64,000 nucleotides of DNA, from the NCBI GenBank assembly GCA_046563655.1, contig CM102287.1, positions 9,114,001-9,178,000 of the forward strand. Reading direction: 5' to 3'. The notes beneath the pieces were generated by a model. It saw nothing but the letters and a program-made list of their open reading frames with translations, was not told the DNA's origin and did no database searches. Made by a program: the position numbers and the translations under genes. The stretch's first letter is position 1. Every line of letters starts with the position of its first letter. Below are positions 1 to 10,800 of this stretch, piece after piece. This stretch comes from Yuukianura sp. NJ FZ-2021 (taxonomy: Eukaryota).

Positions 1-409
1 CGTAATACCCTATCCTAAAATAAATTTAATTCTAAATTATTATGAATTGACCTAAAATTAGAACAAACTAACCTTTTTTGAACTAGTTTTGAACTTTTCC
101 CAAAATTTTGAACTTTTTTCAAAATTTTGAAAAAAAAAGTTTAAAACCGAAAAAGTTCAAAACTTTTGAAAAAAGTTCAAAATTTTGAAAAAAGTTCAAA
201 ATTTTGGGAAAAGTTCAAAATTTTGAAAAAAGTTCAAAATTTTGGGAAAAGTTCAAAATTTTGAAAAAAGTTCAAAATTTTGGGAAAAGTTCAAAATTTT
301 GAAAAAAGTTCAAAATTTTGGGAAAAGTTCAAAAAAAGATAGTTTGTTCTAATTTTAGGTCAATTCATAATAATTTAGAATTAAATTTATTTTAGGATAG
401 GGTATTACG
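1..409. mobile_element. Foldback/MITE-like element: long inverted repeats enclosing a 19-bp minisatellite; left end probably outside the window
   Basis: 1-70 is the exact reverse complement of 340-409. 87-128 is the reverse complement of 293-334. The interior alternates GAAAAAAGTTCAAAATTTT and GGGAAAAGTTCAAAATTTT. No transposase ORF; target-site duplication not visible. Confidence 0.7.
187..338 (+). repeat. Tandem array of 19-bp monomers arranged as four 38-bp dimers
   Basis: The GGG variant recurs at 206, 244, 282 and 320 (exact 38-bp spacing). Degenerate copies lie at ~129-186. Confidence 0.95.
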
Positions 410-754
410 CTAATTAACTAGGTTAGGTTAATTTAAACATTAATTAATTATGTTGCGTTAATTATTACATTGGTTTGAAGTGAATTTACTTTAGGTTATT
501 TGAGAAAAGTCGAATTTGGCGACAGAGCTCGAAAAGTGCCAGTAGTCTTGCGGAGCGTAGCTGCCGCTTGGCAAATCTCGGAATTGGGGGTGGGAGGGGA
601 AGGAGGGAAAAAAAGTTTTTAAAGTTGGCAGCCGAACATACGGTAGTTCAGCACCCTTATCATAAATAAATTGTAATACATGATTAATTGTATTACATGA
701 TTCTAAACTATTCTAACAAAATTTATCTCAAACGTCGAAATTTTCTGAAGGCTT

Positions 755-2339
755 TTAAATCTCAAACTCTTTTGGGTTGTGCTGAATTTCGACATTTTTA
801 TTCTTGATATCCAAGTCCACATTGTTATCACTTGCCGTTTGACCTCTGACTTTTTCTTGTCGTGTGATGACATAAATTGTGCAAAATGCCACCGAACAAA
901 TGACCAAACTAAAATAGTTGGTGTACATCAGAATGAACGGATGACTTTCAATTTTCAGTCCAATGATCAAAGGGTATACGGTGGGTGCTAAACCTGAAGC
1001 TACGCTCATAACTGCTCCAACGTTATTACAAACCTTCATTTGTTTTTCAATAAAACCGTAAAAGGATGGCACAATTGTTGAAAATCCGACTCCCAGAATG
1101 AGAATTCCACTCCAGAGAGCGGCAACAGAAGAATTTGCAAATATTAGCAAAAGGGAGTTCCCGAGTAACACGAGAGCGAAGTTTGTAACGAGAAGAAATT
1201 GCGGTCGGATTTTCAAAATTACCAAAATTCCAACGGCTCTGCCCAATGTAAACGCTACTGCTAGAGCAGACAAAACCAAGCTGCCTTCCGGTTGTGACAA
1301 GTTGAGGTCAATGAAATGAGTAAATGTCGGTACAAATTGGAACGAACAGACTTCCATACCCTGGTAAGCTCCCAATACACAAGCAGATAGCAGAATGAGT
1401 AGAGTTCTCTTTGCATTTGTGGCCTTCGCGGGTTCGAGTCCACCTTCCGTTGCGGGTTTTTCGATTTCTTTTTCACACTTTTTCTGATTCTGGTGGATTC
1501 TACATGTGTAAAAATAGAGCGCCAAAAATAGAATTCCACCGAACATTGTTGCCATACCGCCCATAAGGAATGGAACGTAGAAGTCTGGGGGTGGAGGCAG
1601 AAGGTCATTGACCTCAGTGGTTGAATCTAACATAAGATCAGTAGCGTTGGAGGCGGTAAATTTGAATTCTTCGGTGGTAGTACGTTCAGGCAGGTAAAAC
1701 TTCATGACAAGGGGGCTAAAAATTGTGCCGAGGGCAAAACTGAAATGTTGAATTTGAATGTAAAAGGCGGCATTCCGTTGCCAGAGGTCAATGATCCAGA
1801 CGACCTGGGCAGTACTGAAGATTGCGCAAGTTGCCCCAACAATACTGGCCAAAATGAAGAAAACTGGCAACGATGGACACATTGGAACTAATGTGGCTAC
1901 AGTTCCGAGGGTGATCAGCATAAGCGGAGAGGCAATTTGCCTATTGAGGAAATTCAGTACAAACCCCGCTAAAATTAAAAATAAACCAAACTTATTGAAA
2001 GAACTCAAAATTTTGAAATTTTGAATTTTTTTTTTGAAGCTGTTCTTACAAACAATAGCTCCCAACAAAAACGAAAATGTCAAGACGGTAAAAACTTTGG
2101 AAATTGTGGCAACGTCGGTGTCAAATTTTCTGCTGAGTTCAAGCAATGCTGCTGGAATGAAGGCGCTTCCCAAACCCTGTTCACAAAAGAAATTTTCAAA
2201 ATCAGGTTTTTTGAATTCGAAAAATATTTTGTCCAAAATTTTGAAAACTGACCAGAGTGAAGTTGGCATAATAAATTATGATTGACGTAGTCAACTTCAA
2301 CTTGAATGACATCTCGTTTGCCTTGTCACAAGAACTCAT
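755..2339 (-). CDS. Major facilitator superfamily transporter (MFSD4 / sodium-dependent glucose transporter 1-like), ~475 aa, 3 exons
   Basis: Exons 2339-2253, 2176-2050 and 1968-755 with GT-AG introns of 76 and 81 nt. The second intron is in frame and stop-free, which inflates the 504-aa ORF in the track. About 12 hydrophobic helices; family-typical segments QHFSFALGTIFSPL, GAYQGMEV and AFTLGR. Confidence 0.85.
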
Positions 2340-3535
2340 TTTCAAAAAACTAAAATTTTTCAAAAAAATATTCCAAATTATACTCAAAATTCTTTTCCTA
2401 TTTTCCCCATTTACTAAATTCCAAAATACCGTAATCGCTCTAATATTGGTTCAGAAAGTTCAAAACACAGAAAATGCAGAAGAGCTAAAAATTTATGATG
2501 CTGTTGAGTAGAGCTATTTTGGAAGACTAGATTTTTGATTTGCGGTTCATAAAATTAGAATGAGAGAAATGACGATGCAGGGTGCAGCGTATGTCGATCT
2601 TGACCTTTCCCCTGACCTTGCCACTTGATAAATAGAGTTAAATGATCTCTACATTGATCTCTATGTTCTTGTGCTAGGGCGGCAAGTAACGCTAATTTTG
2701 AAATCTGGAATTGCCTCCAAGGCGAAGTGGGAAATAAATTATTAACTATGATTAAATGTCTACACGCGTCACACTTCCAACCATTCATGAACCCAGTGGT
2801 CACTACATGCTCAAATATAACCGCTCCCTCCCCATGTTTGTGCAATTAAAAGTTTCCCTCTCCCCTCGTTTTTAAACTTAAATTTGACTTAACCATTCTA
2901 CGCTTTATTTTTAGTAGGAAATCTATAGTAAATTTGTTTATTGGGGAATTCATGTTGCTAGAAATCTAGTGGAATACCAAAGAGATAACTATGTAGGGAT
3001 ATTTTGGAATCAAAATTTTGAAATAGAAATCTTCTACTTTTTAGTTAAAGATTTTTTTTTGAAATCTTACTTGTTCTGTGCTGCGGTAAGATTTTAATAA
3101 GCTCTTGTATGACTCAAACTTTCTATAAAAGTAGACAAGTCGAGGAGCGCTACTTCAACTACCCCTGGAGTTGAAATTAAAATGAACGATGGAGCTCCCG
3201 TGCTGACCGAAGCGCTAAAATTCATTGTAATGGCAATTTTAACTTGAATTAGGAAGTAAAAAATTCTGAGAAAAAAATATTTGTTTAAACTGAGTTGAAC
3301 TTTCAAAGAAATCCATAATTAACTTATTGTTCGCATGTTACCAAGCCGTACAAGGTACCCAAACCAAACTCTCTCAATTTCATGAACCTACACTAACGGT
3401 TTGAACTATTAAATCTATGTTAACATTAAAAAAAGTACTAACTTTAATGTAATAACTGTAAAGTACCGAAGAATTAAATAATAATGTAGATATCCTATAA
3501 AAACTTTCCGCTTAAATATTTTTATTAAAACGTTC

Positions 3536-4125
3536 TGCCCAGCACTGATGATAAATTTGCATAATGTCTCACGTTCCCCAAAACAGTCTGAGCGAATTCG
3601 ACATGGCGGGAATTTCCATTCAAATAGACCATTTAATTCTAAAACATAGAACTAACATTATAGTGAATAGTAATTAAATAAAAATAATAATTAAGGAAGT
3701 CGTAATTTAGTTATATATGTTAACTTTTTAGTTTACATTAATCAATTTTGTTTTATTAAAAATGAATCAACTGAAGAACACGATTTTATGCCCAGCACTG
3801 CTGATTAATTAGCATAATGTCTCAAGTCGCCCCAAAAGGTTTGAGTGAAATGGAAATGGTGGGAATTTGAATTCAAATAAATAATTTAATTGTAAAACTT
3901 AAAACAGACACAAGTGAATAGTAATTAAATGAAAATAATCAACAAATAAGCTATAATTAATTTATATATGTTAATTTGTTTAGTTTACTTAACAAATTTT
4001 GTGTTATTGAAAATGAAACAAATTTCGTAGGTTGTCCCACCGTGATTTTATGCCCAACACGGATATAATTAGCATAATGTCTCAACTTGCCCCATTTTAG
4101 TTTCGGAAACAGAAATGGCGGGGTT
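3536..4125 (+). repeat. Diverged tandem repeat, ~255-260-bp unit, 2 full copies plus 1 partial
   Basis: Units start with TGCCCA(G/A)CAC at 3536, 3789 and 4051. Each carries (T/A)GCATAATGTCTCA and ATGG(C/T)GGG. The first two also share AGTGAATAGTAATTAAAT and TATATATGTTAA. Confidence 0.9.
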
Positions 4126-4816
4126 TTCTTTTTTGAATAAATAGCGTCGTCGTATTGTCGCTTTTTTTTCTGTCATTTTTTCTCCTTTGTCTCCCTCTTT
4201 GTTCTTGTCCTCCGCGTCCACCTCCACACAGCTGTTGATTGTTGTGTTTCTCCTTCTTCCGTCATCGTATTCCACGTACACAGCAATAACATCGAGGTCA
4301 CGGTCACCAGGTCAAGGTCAAGGTAAGTAGAAACAGAGCAGCAATTAATCGATTAACGGTGAAAGTCGCTATGGAAGTAAATTCAGGGCAACGGAGGGAG
4401 ATGAGGAAGGGAAGAAGAGATTCCAGAGATCAGTTTCCTTTGAGTCGTCAATGGATCCACATCTCTCTCATCTTCTCTCGCAAAGATTCTCCAGTGAAAG
4501 TATAACATCATGAGTCAATTACCTCCAATACTAATTAATCCCGAATATCAACAAGTTAGCTAATTGAAAACGTTAAGTGATAAAACTTGCAGAACGTAAG
4601 TCCTGGACACGAACAATCTCTAGGACAGTAGGACACGACGAAAATTAATCGTTTTAGTGAAAGTGTGAATGTTAACGATCAAATTGAGTTGAGTAACGAC
4701 CAGAGACAGAGGATGCGATTGTCATCTTAATTGAATTGAATGTCACATAAATATTGGCAAGAACGATGAGGCACACAGTACATACAGGATCCTGTTGTTC
4801 CCGTTCATCCATCTCC

Positions 4817-7800
4817 ATGAAGATCTTGGCCTGGACGAGCCTCATCTCCGTCACTTCTGTCGTCGTCTTTGCAGATAATTTGGGTAAGGAGATCATTTTC
4901 ACACCTTCTTTTCATACTTCTCATTCTAAATCTGTGCTTGTGCCAATTCTCGCATGCTTTTGCAATCACAATTTGTCAGGATGTCAACTTGTCAATTGTC
5001 ATTTTTAAAATTAGCTGTACAAAGGAAGAAGCTAAAGCTGAGCTAAACGAACAACTGAACCGATGACGACTGTCACTAATGCAAAATTTATGGAAACTTG
5101 AATGACGTTGAAATTTTATAGCGCTGTAGTTCGTGGTCATCGTTCCTTTATTTCGCTTTCTTCCGTGTATGGTAAAGTAGTTTATGTCAAGTTAGGGTGA
5201 TCAATCAAAGTTAAGTTATGCCATGGAATCCATTCGAATATTAGATGAGACTAGTTGTCCCGTTGTCGGTTGACCAATTTTGTACAACCGAAAGTACTTC
5301 GGGTACTTGTGAGATCAATTACGATGAACGGCGGCGACTTGAGATGAGATTTAGAATAGGATTTGAATCTTTGACAATTCCTTTGACACATGATTCATTG
5401 AGCGAAACAAAAGATTTGATTAATGGATCCAGTTTTATGTTCCAGTTTCCAGTTTAAGGAAACAATGAATTTTGTCAATGAAAGAACTACTGTTCTGTGC
5501 GGCTTTTCTCAGAACAGATCAAATTCAAATTGTAAAGGGATTGATGGTAATTGTTCCACAGTTTAATTACTACTGAACTTGTACTACTGTAATTTTCATT
5601 TCCTTATGTATTGACCTCTTGGCAGTTCAAGGTCAGAGGTCAACATAAACACTCGGATTATACAGAAAAAGGCTGAAGGAAATGATTACGTTGCATGTTA
5701 GATTTAGCAGGTCTCATGCCCTTACAAGGCAGAAAGTAAAATCGCAGGAATTCGTTTCATTGTTTTTTGTGTATACAAATTGTGTAAACAGTGATGCTGG
5801 GAAAGAACCACTTTATAAGTTTGCTTTTTTTATGAAAACGAGTTAATGTTAATTTACACATTGAGAGTAGGCTTTAAGAGGGACAGGTTGATGTCATCTT
5901 GTCCAATTCTGGACAACTCCTTATGAAGTTTTGACAAAAAGTGAAATTTTGTGCAAAAACCAAATTGAAATCAATGTTGAAATGGTTTGAGTGTTGAATT
6001 ATTCATGGCCTGCCGTCTAGTTTAAGTTCTGTATGTATCGTGTGTGGCAGATTTAATTGCACTAAAAACTCCAAAAGGAAAAGCAGTGAACTGATGACGC
6101 TCAAGTTGAGTGCTTAATGCCAGCGTGCTTTGTTCATGTAAAATTGAAATGCTTTGAAACTTAAAACGTGGCGTGAGGTAGCCAAAACAATAAATAGGTT
6201 TAGTAAAAGCTGGTATAAAAATGTAAGAGGAAGGAGTAAGCAGTTTGCTAATTTAATTCGAACGTGTTAACCTCATTTGGGTTTTTACATAACAAGTGCT
6301 ACTGAAAAGTAAACAAAAATGTAGCACACAAGTGTGTCCGCGTGACGCCTGCTATGACATGTTTTGTTTCGGTTTTCAAATCGGTACTTTCGGTATCGGA
6401 TCGAACGATACTGGAAATGTACAAAAACATAACATAAAATAACAAGTTTATGGTTACAGTCGATGTGTTCGAAGTGTTGGTGCTATCTTAAGTTTAAGTT
6501 TTGGATTTAGTTTAAGCTTGATGTCCTTGTTTCTGTGTGTCAAATGACTTTGAGTTAGGATTTTCGAGAGGTCAAGAAATGAGTAGTACTCGAAGTAGGC
6601 TAGAGTCCGCACAGATAAGATTGGTTTCAATTTAAAAGTGATGAAACTGCAAGTTTCTGGAGTGGTTTAGGATCCCATTGACTGGAACTAACTGACCTCG
6701 ATGAGCCTTCCCATTGCAAACCCACGGAAACTGATACGCAGGAGTCCACTTCTGTCCGAAAAATCTCAAAATGGGCTGAAATTGGAGATTGGAAAGCAGG
6801 ATTCCGAGATTTGGTGAGCCCTGTTTGGACGGAGACAGAACTGCTATAGCTGAAAGTGGGATTGTTCCAAGGTTCTACTAAATCTGACTCGGATGACACT
6901 GGAATGAAATGTCGTAATTTCTCTCCCTCAGTCCTTAATGTTTTCTATGGTAGCCACCGTAGCCACCACTTTGAGAGTGTCAGTAGCCACTTTCTATATC
7001 ATTTTTTGTAGTTCCTCCAGGGAGAAAGTGGACTTTCTCTCCCTCCCGAGTCCACTTTGGGCCGTTAGGCTAGAATTCGTGTGGGAAATGATGGAAAGGA
7101 GCACACAAAGTGCAATTAACTTTATAACTTGGCACTTCTGGATCTGGTTGGCTGTATTCCTTTCTTTTATGTTGGTAAAATGTACTTTACTTTCTCTTTT
7201 CTCAGGGCCACGGAAACTATTAAACGTCCTTAATTATAACTGAGGTTGAGGTTGGAGGGAGAAACCAGGTGAAATAAATGGAGCCCATTACTCAGACTTA
7301 CCAATTTCAAAAAGTTTTTTCACACCTCTTCAAGCGTCTGTTCACACCTTGCGGTTGAAGGATCAACATGAAATACATAAATCTTGTTAATTAAAAGAAT
7401 GATGTGGAGGGAATCAGAGAGGAAACGATGATAAACAGGCGTCTAACTTGATATTTTCCAAATTTTCACCACTTTGGGCTAAATTTTCACCGTTTTTGGC
7501 GGTAAAATTTACCCCAACCTGGAGTAAATTTATTGCATAACGAAATTTACCGCGCCTAGCCTAATATTAGGTTAGTTTTGTAAAATGTTATGTTTTGTAG
7601 TTGGAAACGACAGCTTATATCCTTGGTAGGGTAGGTATTAGGTTAGGTTGGGATTATTGTTAGGCTTGTTAGGTTGTAGTCGGGAATAGGTTATGGTTAG
7701 GCTATTTTGGAGTGACACAAAGTCGTAGGCGTTGTTGTGTGGTTTACTACTGTGTTGAGAATTGGCGAAAAGTCGTGGGCGGGGGATTGTTTGCGAAAAA

Positions 7801-10800
7801 AAAGTTGGGGTGGGGTGGTTGGTCTGTCGGTCGTGTTGTTGATTTTAATTAAGTGCAAATATTAACTTTGGTTACTTTCTCCACTTCGTGTGCTGTACAA
7901 AGTCTTTTTAAATTGATTTAGAATCCATAGGCACGCCAGAAGTTTTTGTCCCCCTTACTAAACTCTTAACACTACGCACAGTGGAGTGTACTTTCTCCAA
8001 AGTTGTGTAATTAATTACTTTCGAATTTCTTTGCAACACGGGGGACTTTCAGTTAATTTCTAGAAAATCTACAATAGAATTTAAACACTTTTTCGGGAAG
8101 CACAAAATCCCTCTGCGTACCATTAATCCTGCAATTATTTTCAAAATCCTGGTTTGTTCTTAGTTTTCAAAATTTTCCTTGATAAAAAGTTGTAACGTCA
8201 AACTTTTGTTTTTGTGATGTAAACCCCTTAATCTTTACACAGTGATTTTTGAGATTTTTGTTCTCGTCTGCCCTGTGGTGTTTGCGTAGGTGTCACGCGT
8301 GGAATCGAACCTTTTGAATTATTCAAATTTTGAATTTGAAAATTTTTGATAGAAAATCAGAAAAAAATGCTCGTGTTCAATTTTTGTGTGAATGTGAAAT
8401 GAAATATCCAATTTCCATGATTAAACTTGCTAATACGATGGTATCGCATGTATAACATGTAGACAAAAAAGGCTTGTACGATTTGAATTGAAAATAAGGA
8501 AATGAACCATGTTTGTTTTTTGTGTTACAAATCAGGTTCAATTTTTGGGTTATGTTTTTATGTGATTTTGAGAAAGCTGAAAAAGAGGAGTTTGGGCTGT
8601 GACATGTTGACATGTCATGGAAATATTTTTTACTTTTTGGGAAAAGAGAGAGAAAGTTCGACTTTTTCGCTTCTTCTGGCAGTAGACTTCCTTTTTTTCA
8701 AAAGTTTGAAAGTTTGAGGTGAAAACGACGCGGAAAAGAGAAAGAAGGAAGCGTGAAAATATGATTTGGGACCGGGAATTGGAGAATGGGTGACTTCTTT
8801 TTCGTAGCTGTTAGGTTTAAGTTTTGACTTCGTTGGTGAAAATAGAATCCCAAAAGACATTATCGAAAAGTGTGAAGTGTGACATGACCTTTCATTTTTT
8901 TTTCGTCTTTTGGCAAAGAACTTTTGGCAGGTCAAGTGTTAAAAATTGATCTTTACTTCATTCTTTTCACGTTTCGAGTTCATAGAAAACTCACGCTCTT
9001 TTTCATTTCCTGTTATTTGTTCCTTAAACAAGAAGAAAAGTTAAAAAAAGGAGATGCGGAAGTTAGTTTCAAGATGAAATTTCAACAAATGTAGTTTGGT
9101 AAATTTTATTATAATTCTTTATGTCGTGTATGTTTTTACAATTTGAGTTTAATTTTGAAAATGTCAGAAGATGAGGGTGAAATACGAAGACACAAAAAGT
9201 AAGAGCAGCAGATTTTTGTTGTAAAAAAGTTTTCGAAGTTTTTAGTTTTTTTTTGTAATGTGGTTTTGTTACTATGCGTATGTGAAATGGTAGATTGTGG
9301 AAATCTGTCCATAAAGAAATGTTAGGACTGTCATCAAGATCATCTTGAAACTTTTAAAAAAAGTTGAAGAACCTTGTTCTCTACTTCTGCACATTTTCTG
9401 AACAGAGATTCTTTTTACATAAGTTTTTTTTTGCTCCAGGACTTTTTATAGATCTATTATCAGTTTCAGTTTCCGAAAACTCGTAGGAGAGAGTTTGACA
9501 TTTTTTGGAGTTGGAAAGAATGGAATATAATGGAAATGGGACTAGAGTTTTCGAAGTTACAAAAAATGAAAAGTTCTGCAAAATTTCTTCATATGCGGAA
9601 GCATTTTTTACAATTTTATTTTCGTTTTTATTTAGTTTCGTTCATTGTTGTACAGAAATTTAATGACTTCGCTTTTTCGCATCATGTAAAATCGAGTTAT
9701 CTCTGACGGTGCAAAAAATGCGTGCAAAAATTGGGACTAAATTTAAAATTTTCTATCTCGAAGGGGGAGTGACGCAAGTGCGAGAGAAGTAAAAAGGTGA
9801 ACGGAAGCCTGTTGTGACGGAACGTGATTGAAAAAGTGTTTTGGTCGTTTTGAAATTGAAATTGCATTATGATAATTTTTTGCCTCTGGTAGAAGATTTT
9901 GAAATTTGATTTCGAAACAAACAATGTGGCGTAGCTGGTTCTCCTCTTTTACCAAACCTCCATTTTCATCTTCTGCCGCTGCATAATAATGGAGTTAGAG
10001 TTGGTCCACAGCAGAATGACTTTTTTCAATACAAAAAAATTACGCATTTGTTTTCAAAACCGTACTACAATTTTTTTCTGGCGAAGTTTCAATTTCAATT
10101 ATGATTCTTCCTATACTAGATTTTCTGAAAACAGGTTTTCATGAGTTTTATAGTATCGTTGTCGTGCGTTGTGCGTATTTGTTTTGATCCAAATTCATGA
10201 TTTTGTGCTAAGAAATAGATTTTGTGGTTCTTGTTTGAATGTTTTCGTCGGTTCTGCGTTATCTGTCTGTTCCTAGCCTTCGTCGGTCAGCTTAGTTTTT
10301 CCAAAGTTCATCCACGGGAAAGTAGAAAGTGGAAACGGATCAAGAGAAAGTTGTATCCTGTATGTTCACATGTAGAAATCATGGACAAGGCACTTTGAAC
10401 TTTGGATTTTTAAGGCAATGTGTTTGCTTTAAAACCAAGTTGTGAGTGATTTTTGGAGACATGAGGTTAGATTTTCAGTGGAGCTTCGGAACAGTTCGCA
10501 GAGGAATTAATTTTGGTGTAACCAGTAGTGTTGGACATAATTTCCGGTTTGAAATTAATCTTTCTATCTCGTTTTTAGAAAATCCAGAGTTGAGAGCTTG
10601 AGGCTTAAGGGTTTAAGAGTCCAAAGTGACTGCAGACATGGTTTAGTTTTGGCGGGAAACTGGGAAACCATTAAGACTTAACCTTATAAACTGCGTTTTT
10701 CTGAAAGTCCGCTTCCTGTTTTGCTGTTTTTTGTAACTGTTGTACAAGATGAAAGAATGAAAATGAATGTGCGTAGTTTTTGGACTTGGAGAAAAAAGAA

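Noticed and set aside
755..2269. The 504-aa single ORF as the true MFS protein
   Set aside because: It reads through two GT-AG introns. The spliced model starting at ATG 2339 restores the first TM helix.
2990..3345. Possible small spliced minus-strand transcript upstream of the MFS gene
   Set aside because: Splice-like sites exist but there is no coherent reading frame. It could be UTR or chance.
6627..6899. 90-aa minus-strand ORF in a slightly GC-richer patch
   Set aside because: GTG start, no homology recognised, and no supporting splice partners.
8301..8311. Perfect B-box GGTTCGATTCC on the minus strand
   Set aside because: Isolated, with no A-box or cloverleaf; could be chance.
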